A stretch of 64,000 nucleotides of DNA from Candidatus Hydrothermarchaeum profundi (GCA_002011125.2 MTMF02000009.1:1672989-1736988), one strand, 5' to 3'. Positions 10,770-20,639 are shown, numbered from the stretch's first letter. The notes: generated from the sequence alone by a model not told the origin. Translations and numbers: made by a program.

Positions 10770-11387
10770 TTATAGTTTCTTGTTTGCTAAGAGATGAGCT
10801 AGTCTTATTGGCTCTGGAAGTTTATAATCCCGAATGCAACTTATAGTTAATTTAAGAGCTGAATCAAGTGAAATTTTGTGGCCGGGACTAATATAAATTG
10901 GCCTAACTCCTTTTTTTGGTTTAAATGCATAGCCAACTTTGTTTTTTTGATAAATTATTGGAATAGGCTTCCTTACCTTTATTTCTCCTAGGACTTCCCC
11001 ACACAATAGTTTCTTAGCTACGCCTATAGTAGGAACATTCATCTCGACTCCAACATGAGAGGCAATTCCCATCCCTCTTGGATGAGCTATTCCATGACCG
11101 TCCACCATAAGAATATCGAAATCAATATCCGATAATGCTTCTATAATAGGATATGCTTCTCGGAAGGCAAGAAAAGTTGGGATATAAGGGAATCTTATAT
11201 CTACCTCAGTTACCTTCTTTTCAACTATTTTCAATGAACTAAATTCCAGTACGACAACACCGCATAATGCGGTTCTCCCCCTATATGCTAGATCAGCTCC
11301 TGCAATTAGTTCTTTGTTAAACTCATCTTTTAAAATTACTCTTTTAGCGAGAGCTTGTTGAATTGAGATAAGTCTTTTTTTATCCAT
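10770..11387 (-). CDS. nfi: Endonuclease V
   Basis: AGAD, FPYIPTFLAFRE, DGHGIAHPRGMGIASH, PTIGVAK, YISPGH, LPEPIRLAH. Confidence 0.95.
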   Translation of the reverse strand: MDKKRLISIQQALAKRVILKDEFNKELIAGADLAYRGRTALCGVVVLEFSSLKIVEKKVTEVDIRFPYIPTFLAFREAYPIIEALSDIDFDILMVDGHGIAHPRGMGIASHVGVEMNVPTIGVAKKLLCGEVLGEIKVRKPIPIIYQKNKVGYAFKPKKGVRPIYISPGHKISLDSALKLTISCIRDYKLPEPIRLAHLLANKKL

Positions 11388-11438
11388 TATAAAATAAAGT
11401 TTAAGAGGTATTTATTTGAGAAACTATTTTTACTAAAA

Positions 11439-11702
11439 TCAAGATTTTTTAGGAGGCTCATAGATGAGGTCTCTTAAAAGAACGATATCTCCTATAGACT
11501 TTATTGCCTTATAGGGTACTATTACTCCTTTTTTCCCTTCGGCACCTATCTTCTTGGAGAAATCGCTATCAAGCTTTGATAATATGATGCCCAGAACTTT
11601 TCCCGTTTCCGGATCTATAGAAACATCTTCCAATACGCCTACATGTTTGCCTCCTTCCGTGAATACTTCCAATCCGCTCATCTTGGTAAGTCGAGAAACC
11701 AT
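11439..11702 (-). CDS. PRC-barrel domain protein (CdpB-like)
   Basis: GLEVFTEGGKHVGVLEDVSID...VPYKAIKSIGDIVLL; GGTGA SD upstream. Confidence 0.85.
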   Translation of the reverse strand: MVSRLTKMSGLEVFTEGGKHVGVLEDVSIDPETGKVLGIILSKLDSDFSKKIGAEGKKGVIVPYKAIKSIGDIVLLRDLIYEPPKKS

Positions 11703-11859
11703 ATAATCACCTTTTGATTATAATTGAACTCCTCATTATAAAGGTTTTGTTATTAAAGCGATATTTTGATTGGGAGTACAGAAACAACTTTAAATATATT
11801 TCTCACCATTTCAAAAGACTACAGGAAATTTTAAAGTATTAATTAACAAATTTTAGAAT

Positions 11860-12525
11860 ATGACCACAAAAAAAGAAATAAGCCATATTAAAAACATTTC
11901 ACCCAGATTAAACGATAGGAAGGCTATCACGCTAATTAGCCTTATGAAAAATGGGAGAATTTCGGACACGGAACTAATGGTGCACCTCGGATTAAAAAGT
12001 GCAAATTCGGCTTCGTACTATAGGAAAGATTTAGAAAAACAGGGAATAATTGAGGGATATACTACCTCAGTAAATTGGACAAAGATAGGATACCCTACGG
12101 ACTTTGTTATTTTAATAGAAGGGGGAAGTATGGAAGCGAATTTCAATATAGAGAAGGAGATAATAACATCTCTAGAAGATTACGCCAAGAAAAAAGGAGA
12201 TATTCTTATCTTGCCGAGCGGCAATGGTAGAGTCCTGATCAAAAATATAACTACCTGTTTCGGAGAAAGACCCATGACAATAATTCAGGGCCATGCCTCA
12301 TCAGAGCACGATGCCCTAATATACTTCAGATATTATGTTGCGGAGAAATTCCAAAATGCAAAAACAACTTTCTTGCTGGTGAAGGGTAAAAGTATAGATA
12401 ACCATTTTATCAAAAAGGATTACATAAATTTCATGAAAGGCTCCTTTACTGAAGAGGATACCCTAGAATTGCCCGAGGAGTTCAAAAAACATTTTCCATC
12501 ATTAGCAGCAAAACCAAAGAAATAG
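11860..12525 (+). CDS. Lrp/AsnC-family transcriptional regulator with divergent C-terminal domain
   Basis: LMKNGRISDTEL...LEKQGIIEGYTTSVNWTKIGYP is the Lrp HTH-linker pattern. Confidence 0.8.
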   Translation: MTTKKEISHIKNISPRLNDRKAITLISLMKNGRISDTELMVHLGLKSANSASYYRKDLEKQGIIEGYTTSVNWTKIGYPTDFVILIEGGSMEANFNIEKEIITSLEDYAKKKGDILILPSGNGRVLIKNITTCFGERPMTIIQGHASSEHDALIYFRYYVAEKFQNAKTTFLLVKGKSIDNHFIKKDYINFMKGSFTEEDTLELPEEFKKHFPSLAAKPKK

Positions 12526-13242
12526 TTACTCCAACTCTAATTCTTCTCTTCCAAAAACCCTAAATCTTCCATTTGAATACAAAATAGGGAAATATTGCGT
12601 ATCATGATTTGTGCTCCTCATTTTCACTATACCGATATATCTTTCAAGAGCACTAAGCACATCCCCTCTCTTTTGGAAATCTAAATGTATTATTCCATCA
12701 GCTAGGAAATCCTCCACTCCATACTGGCTATATACCGGTCTCTCTGGAGACATTTCAGATATCAAAAAACAGGTTATCCCTGTGGTTTTCAAATCCTTAA
12801 AAAGGTAGTAGAGTTCCCTTCTTGGATCTCTAATAGTTGTTAAAGAGTAAAGAGCGTTAAGGGAATCTATAACCAATAAGTCATATTCCTGTCCTTTTTT
12901 AGCTTCCTCAATATATCCCCTAATCAACCGTATCCAATTGTCCCCGTATTTCTTTTCCATAGCTGCTTGAACCTTCCTAAAATCTACTAGCAGGATATTT
13001 CTGTGATCAGACATTCCGAGTCTCCTCATCTGTTGCATAAGACTCTCTATCTCCTGTTCTAGGGTTATATAGACGGACTTTAGATCTTCATTAACTGCAT
13101 TATTGTAAAGGATACTATATGCAAGAGAAGATTTCATAGTGCCTGCAGTGCCGCAGATTAACGTAATACTCCCCTTTGGAATTCCTCCTTCGATATGTCT
13201 GTCTAAACCTTCAACATAAGTTCTTATTCTAGGCACATCCAT
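12526..13242 (-). CDS. KaiC/RAD55-family single-domain ATPase
   Basis: TYVEGLDRHIEGGIPKG, Walker A variant GTAGTMKS, YITLEQ, Walker B LLVIDSL, ADGIIHL, KMRST; ATG at 13242 has GTGA upstream. Confidence 0.9.
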   Translation of the reverse strand: MDVPRIRTYVEGLDRHIEGGIPKGSITLICGTAGTMKSSLAYSILYNNAVNEDLKSVYITLEQEIESLMQQMRRLGMSDHRNILLVDFRKVQAAMEKKYGDNWIRLIRGYIEEAKKGQEYDLLVIDSLNALYSLTTIRDPRRELYYLFKDLKTTGITCFLISEMSPERPVYSQYGVEDFLADGIIHLDFQKRGDVLSALERYIGIVKMRSTNHDTQYFPILYSNGRFRVFGREELELE

Positions 13243-13409
13243 ATTATCACGTAAGATTTTTTTTACTTGAAGAATTAAATAGTTTTCCACAAGTAAAAAC
13301 GGTTTGGCACCGATGTTAATATCAAACAGCTACCAAAAGACTACTTCCGTATACCTAATACAACAAGAAATGACTCAAGAAATAATTAAATATTCAATAG
13401 GTTTAGTGA

Positions 13410-14867
13410 ATGGAAAGGATTAGTAAATATCGTAGAGGTAAAAGTTTGACTAATATTCAAAAGGAATTAATAAAAATTGTAGGACCAAAAAATGTCTTTT
13501 CTGAAAAAATTCAGAGATTTTGCTATCGTTTCGGGAATGTGATTGAGTATCGGTTTGATACTCCCTCCTTTTTACCAGATTTTGTGGTAAGACCTGTTTC
13601 AACACAGCAAGTAGCATCTATCCTGAAACTTGCAAACAAGCATCAAATCCCTGTCGTAGTATGGGGAGGTGGTACCGATTTTAGCGGAGCCAATAGTCCG
13701 ATTAAAAACGGGATTGTAATAGATATGAAAGAGTTTAATGAAATACAAGTTGATGTGAAGAGACGGTGTGTTACAGCCGGAAGCGGAGCTATTTTGAAGA
13801 AGATAGGGGAGGAGTGTGAAAATAAAGGATTTTTATTCGAGCATGAACTAACAAGCCAGCCAGGAGCAACTCTAGGAGGTGCGATTGCCACAAACTCATT
13901 TGGCTATAGGTCCGGAAAATATGGGTCCATTAGGAACCTTATACTAGGGATTGAAGTCGTCTTGCCTACAGGGGAGATAATAAAAACTAAGCCCTTGTTC
14001 AAAACATCCATGGGGTATGACCTCGTATCGCTCTTAGTTGGCAGTGAAGGAACATTAGGAGTGATAACTCAGGCTACATTGAAGCTTAGTCCTTTGCCAG
14101 AAAAAAGGGAACTCTATACCTTTGTATTCAGCAGGATAAATCATGCAATAGAAGCTGCTGAAAAAGTATACAACACTATCCCCCCAGATTTATTTGAAAT
14201 TTTTGAAATGAGTTTTTTGGGATATGTAGAGAATACTCAAGAATTTATAGAAGAGCATATTGGTATTCCAAAAAACCTGCTGGACTTAAGTGATGGATTC
14301 CCGGCTATCTTGACTGTAGGATATGAAGGTAAAAAAGAAGTAGTAAATAGTAAGATAAATATTTTGAAAGACTTAATAACCGATGGATTAAGTATTCAAA
14401 ACGAAGGTTACTATGAGAACAGGTTTATTAGGTATCATAAAGAGTTCAGAAAAATCCTCAATCTTCTGCCAAACATTTCATTAAAAGATTACAGCTATGC
14501 TACCTTTGACTTCAGCATCCCTGAAACAAAGTTATTGGAATTTAATGATACTCTTCACGCAATATCTAAAGAATATTCAAATACATATCTATTGGATGTA
14601 AACCTCTATTCAGCGCTTTCTGTCGTGGGTATAGATTTCTTTGTGCCAAATAATAAAGAAGTTTACAAGAATTTGGCTGAGGAAATATTTAGAGTAGTAT
14701 TAGAGCTAGGCGGATCTTTATCTTCTGTCCATGGAATAGGAACTCGGTTAATACCTCACCTTAGAAAAGATTTAGGTGATCCATACGTAGACTTAATGAA
14801 TAGAATAAAGAAAGCCTTTGATCCTTTGAATATCTTAAACCCTGGTAAGCTGGGTAACGTGATGTAA
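13410..14867 (+). CDS. FAD-binding oxidoreductase (VAO/PCMH, GlcD/ADPS-like), atypical
   Basis: WGGGTDFSG, ATLGGAIATN, GSEGTLGVIT, HGIG, FDPLNILNPGK. Confidence 0.88.
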   Translation: MERISKYRRGKSLTNIQKELIKIVGPKNVFSEKIQRFCYRFGNVIEYRFDTPSFLPDFVVRPVSTQQVASILKLANKHQIPVVVWGGGTDFSGANSPIKNGIVIDMKEFNEIQVDVKRRCVTAGSGAILKKIGEECENKGFLFEHELTSQPGATLGGAIATNSFGYRSGKYGSIRNLILGIEVVLPTGEIIKTKPLFKTSMGYDLVSLLVGSEGTLGVITQATLKLSPLPEKRELYTFVFSRINHAIEAAEKVYNTIPPDLFEIFEMSFLGYVENTQEFIEEHIGIPKNLLDLSDGFPAILTVGYEGKKEVVNSKINILKDLITDGLSIQNEGYYENRFIRYHKEFRKILNLLPNISLKDYSYATFDFSIPETKLLEFNDTLHAISKEYSNTYLLDVNLYSALSVVGIDFFVPNNKEVYKNLAEEIFRVVLELGGSLSSVHGIGTRLIPHLRKDLGDPYVDLMNRIKKAFDPLNILNPGKLGNVM

Positions 14868-14868
14868 A

Positions 14869-15216
14869 ATGGAGGAAAACACCGAACTCATACAACTCTG
14901 TTTGAATACCCGATGCAATTACTGTAGATCTGCGTGTAGAGATTTTAAGAGAAGAAGAATGGAGTTCGGATCTCCAAGAGAAAAAATAGAGATAGTTTAC
15001 GAAGCTCTTAATGGTAGATTGAACCCTAAGGAAGCCTCCGATAATCTTTTCCATTGTATTTCTTGTAAAAAATGCTCATCTGCTTGCCCTTACAACATTG
15101 ATACTTCAAAAATTTTATGGGATAATAGAAGATTATTTGAAAATTGTCCTAGAAAGTATTTCTTCATACTAGCCTATGTCTTCTCCAAGCTCTTCAGAAT
15201 AAGCTACCGGGGCTAA
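14869..15216 (+). CDS. Small 4Fe-4S dicluster protein (GlcF N-terminal-like, no CCG domains)
   Basis: CLNTRCNYCRSAC...SPRE...CISCKKCSSACP. Confidence 0.7.
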   Translation: MEENTELIQLCLNTRCNYCRSACRDFKRRRMEFGSPREKIEIVYEALNGRLNPKEASDNLFHCISCKKCSSACPYNIDTSKILWDNRRLFENCPRKYFFILAYVFSKLFRISYRG

Positions 15217-16329
15217 TATACACCTCGCAGGCAAGTGCCAAGGCTTCTCGCCGTCTAATTTTATATCATTGTCTAAAGATTTGGCCAAAAGTACACCTTT
15301 ATCGAATGTCGGCTCCATGAAACCTAGTTTAGAAAACGCGTTTCTTCTCCATTTAATTCTTCTATCAAAGACACTAGCCACAAAACTATAATTAGGCTTA
15401 GAATCTATGATGTATAAGAGCATATTAGCAGGCACCGTAGAATTTTGAAACTCTCCTACAACCGCAAACTCATCAGGGGTATATCCGTAAAATATTTGCC
15501 AATTATCACTATAAACCGGTTTTCCAAACATCCAGCCGCTCCATGCAGAGATAATGTAGGTTAGTACCCCAATAATCTCGCTGTCTTTCTCAGCTACAAT
15601 ACCTTGGATATTATTATTTTTAATTATTTTACCAAATTTACTTAAAGTATAATTTGCGGCAATTTCGAAATCTTTATTAGTGTTCTCGAGGAGTCTAACA
15701 ATATCCGAGTAATCTGATTTTTCCATAGACCTTAAATGTATATTTTCAGGGAGCCTTCCGACAAACAAACTTTTAGCCTTATTGTAGCCTCTAAGTAACT
15801 TGAAAATTAATCTCCAATACAAATTCGCTTCAGCTCGCCAAAAATAAGGGATCGTTCCTTTTAAGTTAATCCCACTAGAAAACCAATTTACTCCCTTTAT
15901 CCACTTAAATCCAAGCCGCTTGAATAGTTCTTGATTTCTCAAAAAATTCTCCTCAAACTCCCAGCCACATAAGATGCTTACATCTTGGCATCTTAATTCT
16001 GCACTTATATCCGAAAATAAAAGTTCAAATATCCTATTATAATTTTTTCTATAATGTGGGTGAATACAATTGTCTACAAAAGAAGCTATTCTAACGCTCT
16101 CTCCTTTAACTAAAGCATCCAGTAGTATAACCCCTAATGAAGCTATAATTTTATCATCTCTTTCTATTCCTCGTACTACATAGTCGCCAGACATCTTGTA
16201 TCTAAGGATCCACTCATTAGGCACCCTCACATAATCAAATTCCTTTTTATCATAGAATATAGACTCATAAAATAGTTTCAAGAATTCGGCATCTCTTTCT
16301 CGAGAATACTCCACAATTTTGAAACCCAT
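15169..16329 (-). CDS. Tandem GNAT-fold acyltransferase-like protein
   Basis: Two GNAT-like units (IIASLGV..FVDNCIHPHYR..FKRLGF; LRSMEKSD..EIIGVL..FSKLGF). Confidence 0.7.
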   Translation of the reverse strand: MGFKIVEYSRERDAEFLKLFYESIFYDKKEFDYVRVPNEWILRYKMSGDYVVRGIERDDKIIASLGVILLDALVKGESVRIASFVDNCIHPHYRKNYNRIFELLFSDISAELRCQDVSILCGWEFEENFLRNQELFKRLGFKWIKGVNWFSSGINLKGTIPYFWRAEANLYWRLIFKLLRGYNKAKSLFVGRLPENIHLRSMEKSDYSDIVRLLENTNKDFEIAANYTLSKFGKIIKNNNIQGIVAEKDSEIIGVLTYIISAWSGWMFGKPVYSDNWQIFYGYTPDEFAVVGEFQNSTVPANMLLYIIDSKPNYSFVASVFDRRIKWRRNAFSKLGFMEPTFDKGVLLAKSLDNDIKLDGEKPWHLPARCILAPVAYSEELGEDIG

Positions 16330-16409
16330 GTTTAAAAAGCAGACAAAACTTAAATATTAAAGTTCCTTCGAAAAGTTAATTTAGCCCGTCTTCGGGAGTA
16401 GCAGAAAAT

Positions 16410-19388
16410 ATGAAACTCGAAAACTTCCTTATAACTCCTTTAACAATTCTTTTTTTAATTCATAGTGTAACTGCCTACTCATCTTATTATTCAGACATAC
16501 CTTTTTTTATAAAGTTCTATGTGTTAGTTTTGGGTTTGCACCATGCCTCAATGATAGCTTTCCTGTGGGAAATAAAAGGAGTTTCTAAATCGAAAGTGTG
16601 GGATAATATATTCAACGCAAATATATGCGGCATTTTTATTACATTCTCTTTAGCTTTGCTTTTGTATAACCTTTACTTAAATTCTATAAACTGGCGGCAT
16701 CTATTAGTCATCTGTGCGGGATTAGATATAGTAGCTCACATTTTTGCCGATATTACTCTATATTATCTTGTAAAGCCTATTATTAAGGAGAAGCTTAATT
16801 TATTTAAATACAGGTATTTAGCCCTTTACGCAGGAATCACAGGGTCTTTATTCTTCTTGATCATATATAATTTAAAAATAAAATTTCCTACCGTCTCTAC
16901 TGATCTACCTTTTAGCATTCTAGGTTTACTTTTTGCTTTTACAGTTTTTTACTTTGTATATTCCCCTATTATAATTTCTGAGGCATATAGAGAAATAGGT
17001 TTTGTTAGGAAACCATTCTCCCTTGCTGGAATAGGAGCTTTAACATTTGTTATCTCTTCTATATTAGTTTTATATGTGACCTTCTACCATATTGAAACTA
17101 CTATTAGACATCAGCTTTTCTACAATATAGCGATTTATGTTCTGGCATCAATTTTCTCATTGATATTCTATACTAAGTTTATAGTAGAGTATCCATCACT
17201 TCTAGAGAGAAAATGGAAAGCATTAATGCCTTTTGATTTTATTAAAATCGCTACAACTTTAGCTCTATTTTTCTTGGCTGTGTCTCTTTATTTTTCAGCT
17301 GAAAAATATTTGGAATTGCCCTTTAGGCTAGAAATATTATTGCCGGTTCTTTTAGGTTTACTAGCGATTTTTATAACCGTAATTTATATTCTTTCATACA
17401 CAAATAGCATTTATAATAAAAGCAAGCTTGTTTATTGGATATATCTAAAAGCTGGTTTATTTATTCATGTAGCATCTACTCTATATGTGCTAGCACTAAT
17501 TATTCTTTTATGGAAGACCCTGAACAATATAGGTAAATACCTATCATCCTTCTTTATTGTTCTTGTATTTTCATTTTACATTTCTTATGCAATGGATCTG
17601 CGCACAATTTTGAAAAATCTGGGGATAAGAACTCGTCTTACTAAAGCTGAAATCACAGGTAATGCTGTGTTGCTCTATGCTATATTTTTAATAATTTTCT
17701 TCTTTATCCTTTTAACCTATGGGAAAACTTCACTAATTTTATATGATATCCAGATAGAATCCTACCCCTTTCTATTATTTTCAATAGCCGTTTTCTTGGT
17801 TGCATATATAAGTTACCTAAGCGTCACGCACAAGGGATTTGAAGAAATGATGAAAAAAAACATTTGGAGCGAACTAACCTATATATCCGGATTTTTAACT
17901 TTTATTACAGTCTATTTATTATATACCTCAGAAAAAAATGTCCAACTTTTCCTATTTCACGATTTCTTTTTTATAAGCTATTTCGTGATGCTTTTAATCG
18001 AAATTGCGTCAATAAGAACGTTAGGATATCATCCGATACATAAAAAAGGTGAAAAAAGCCTGATGTATCTTTTCTACCATCATACGAGCGCATATTTCAG
18101 GGTAGATTACCTTGAGAAAAAATGGAAAAAAATTGTAGACACATACAAGCATCTAGACAGTAAACTATCTACGATCAAGTACAATCCTGCCAAGAGGTCT
18201 TTTGACCTATCAGAACTAAATGAAAAAGCTAGGACTGTTGTTGCCGTTGCAATGTTGCTTGAAATGTACCAGGATAGGAAGGATTTAGGTAAAGTTACAC
18301 CCCTCGGAGAACGCGATATAAAGAGAGAAATAAAAGAAACCTTGAAAGAAAAGGTACTACTCCTCCCCGCAGATTTAAGATCTAAATTTGATGAAGACGA
18401 ATACTATCCTCTTCTCTATGAGTATGCGATTAATACTATAATCGAAAAAATCAAGCCATTTGTCCCTGTTGAAGAACATCAAGAAATTTTTAACAAACTA
18501 AAAAGGGTAGATGATTTCTTCGAATCATTAGAACTCCGGGATTCCAAAATCAATTTTAAGACTGAAAAAAGAATTTCCAGAAGAAACTTTATAAGATATT
18601 TAAAAATGTATTTGCGTTCCATAGAGGAGAGGTTCCCTTTTGAAGATAAGTTACTGTATGAATCTGTAAAAGAGTTAGTGAATAGAGACCTCTCTAATTA
18701 CGGTTTTTCTGTAGTAGATTTGTTAGACATAGTGCCTTCAGGTATCAATCCTGTAGACCGGATTAGTGGCGGACTAAAAAAAGGTACTATGACCCTTCTA
18801 ATATCTGAAGAAAATAAGTATAAGAACGAATTTCTAGAATCCTTCATACGTCAAGGATTAAAAGACGGTGATTGTAATATTTATGCAACATCAAAACTAC
18901 CCTCACAAGAGATATATAATAATCTTTTAATGGATTTTGAAATTAAAAAAACCACTCTAATAGACCTCTATCAGTCGATATATACAACATCACCAGTATC
19001 TAGCATCAGAGAGGAACCTCATAAAATAATTATACCCCCCACAATCATCTCATGGAAAATTAGCTTAACAAAAGCGGTTAAAAAATATTCAAAAGAAGAA
19101 CATAAAAGAATAGTCATAGACGTATTTAATGATCTCCTGAGGTACTATAACCAAGATGAGATAACCAAAGTTTTATATCGACAGCTTGAGGGACTTCGAA
19201 AGTGGAATTGTACTGTAATAATAGTTCTTTATCCTAAAACATTTCAAGAAAATAAATATGAAGAAATTAAAAAATGGTTTGATAACGTTCTCATTTTAGT
19301 AGGGCGAGAAAAAACTTACTTAAATTTTGATAAACTTCATGGAGGATTGCCAAAAAAGAGGTCAATACCTCTTGAGGAACAGTGGTGA
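16410..19388 (+). CDS. Multi-pass membrane protein with C-terminal degenerate KaiC/RAD55-like domain
   Basis: About 530 aa of successive TM helices, a helical linker, then VPSGINPVDRISGGLKKGTMTLL (KaiC N-terminus), broken Walker A, IVID. Confidence 0.75.
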   Translation: MKLENFLITPLTILFLIHSVTAYSSYYSDIPFFIKFYVLVLGLHHASMIAFLWEIKGVSKSKVWDNIFNANICGIFITFSLALLLYNLYLNSINWRHLLVICAGLDIVAHIFADITLYYLVKPIIKEKLNLFKYRYLALYAGITGSLFFLIIYNLKIKFPTVSTDLPFSILGLLFAFTVFYFVYSPIIISEAYREIGFVRKPFSLAGIGALTFVISSILVLYVTFYHIETTIRHQLFYNIAIYVLASIFSLIFYTKFIVEYPSLLERKWKALMPFDFIKIATTLALFFLAVSLYFSAEKYLELPFRLEILLPVLLGLLAIFITVIYILSYTNSIYNKSKLVYWIYLKAGLFIHVASTLYVLALIILLWKTLNNIGKYLSSFFIVLVFSFYISYAMDLRTILKNLGIRTRLTKAEITGNAVLLYAIFLIIFFFILLTYGKTSLILYDIQIESYPFLLFSIAVFLVAYISYLSVTHKGFEEMMKKNIWSELTYISGFLTFITVYLLYTSEKNVQLFLFHDFFFISYFVMLLIEIASIRTLGYHPIHKKGEKSLMYLFYHHTSAYFRVDYLEKKWKKIVDTYKHLDSKLSTIKYNPAKRSFDLSELNEKARTVVAVAMLLEMYQDRKDLGKVTPLGERDIKREIKETLKEKVLLLPADLRSKFDEDEYYPLLYEYAINTIIEKIKPFVPVEEHQEIFNKLKRVDDFFESLELRDSKINFKTEKRISRRNFIRYLKMYLRSIEERFPFEDKLLYESVKELVNRDLSNYGFSVVDLLDIVPSGINPVDRISGGLKKGTMTLLISEENKYKNEFLESFIRQGLKDGDCNIYATSKLPSQEIYNNLLMDFEIKKTTLIDLYQSIYTTSPVSSIREEPHKIIIPPTIISWKISLTKAVKKYSKEEHKRIVIDVFNDLLRYYNQDEITKVLYRQLEGLRKWNCTVIIVLYPKTFQENKYEEIKKWFDNVLILVGREKTYLNFDKLHGGLPKKRSIPLEEQW

Positions 19389-19454
19389 CCACAAAAAATA
19401 TTTATTTTAGAAAATAAAGTTAGATAAGTCCCTAGGTTAGATGGAAGTATATCT

Positions 19455-20120
19455 ATGAACCATTTCATTTCAATAGCGAGTACTATTCTAGCTTTTGGAA
19501 TAATAGGTGGTGGTCTAAAGTTTATTGACGATGCCTTCGATGAAGGAATATTTAATAAAAAGCTAGCTAGTATTACTGCAGTAATACTAGTAATATTGTG
19601 GATTTTTTTATCTCTGAAAGATCCTTACTCCGGGACAATATTATTTTCAATTTTAGCAGGGGTTCTTTTCTCTGGAAAAATAGATAATACAGTATTTATT
19701 GCAAGTACTCTTGCACTCGCTTTGACTACGCTGATTATGGGAGCTACGATATTTTGGATACCGCTGATTATTTTAACTATCTTCGGAGTTATTGATGAAC
19801 TAGGCAATGACTATACGGACATCCACAAAACTCGGCGGCTGATAAAATTTTTTTTTGAACACAGATGCACACTAAAACTGGGTATTCTTGCGATTTGTTT
19901 AACTACATTTTTTCCTATAGAATATTTTCTAATTTTCTTAGCTTTTGATATCTCATATGACTTTGTAGGAATGTATAGTAAAAGAATTAGCAATATAGCA
20001 GAGCCTAAAGTTACAATATTCCTGTGTAATGAACTTCCTTTCCAAATACCTGTAGAACGTGTATGTTTTATGAAATCTGGATTACGCCTTGAGGATAAAA
20101 GCATAAGAATTATTGTATAA
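19455..20120 (+). CDS. Uncharacterised membrane protein with Asp-rich motifs
   Basis: About 7 hydrophobic segments; KFIDDAFDE, GKIDN, VIDELGND. Confidence 0.7.
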   Translation: MNHFISIASTILAFGIIGGGLKFIDDAFDEGIFNKKLASITAVILVILWIFLSLKDPYSGTILFSILAGVLFSGKIDNTVFIASTLALALTTLIMGATIFWIPLIILTIFGVIDELGNDYTDIHKTRRLIKFFFEHRCTLKLGILAICLTTFFPIEYFLIFLAFDISYDFVGMYSKRISNIAEPKVTIFLCNELPFQIPVERVCFMKSGLRLEDKSIRIIV

Positions 20121-20639
20121 ATAATATACTTCATTAGGGAAAAAATTTTTTAATAAAAAAAAGAATTTTAAACCATAATAGATAAATTTTTTAGAATTTT
20201 TATTTGTTAATTAAATTAAAAATTTACTTTATTATAAATTTATAATATTATTAAAAAATTTTATTTCTTTAATTATTTTATTAATAATTTAATGATAAAA
20301 TAAAAAATTAAATTTATTTCTATGTTTTATAAATCCTATATCCTAAAAGTGAGAAACAGTTCACATTAAAGAGGTTTATATCCCGAGCTAAATTACTCTT
20401 TAGTCCTTCAAAGATCGTAACTTTGAAAAGATAGTTAATAGCAGAATAGATTGGCCATATATTAAAAAAAATATTATTATTTTATTTTTTAAGGTTAATA
20501 TAAGTCTATTTTTGTTTTGATTTTTTATAGAATATTTATCTATTTTTTTCAAAAAATATTATAGAAATAGTATAGTAAATATTATTTTCTATAAATTTTC
20601 TTTTTTAATTTAACAATATTTCATTAGGAGGTGAAGTAA
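20121..20639. promoter_or_regulatory. Long, extremely AT-rich intergenic region with a more GC-balanced core of three inverted repeats
   Basis: Nearly pure A/T flanks; core 20349-20427; ends in AGGAGGTGA SD. Confidence 0.5.

Noticed and set aside
12526-13242. KaiC as a circadian clock protein
   Set aside because: Single domain, no kaiA/kaiB in the window, and no obvious ST phosphosite pair
20121-20639. CRISPR leader/array or replication origin
   Set aside because: No repeat-spacer periodicity, cas genes, ORB boxes or cdc6 seen; short TATAGAA-type repeats are expected at this AT content
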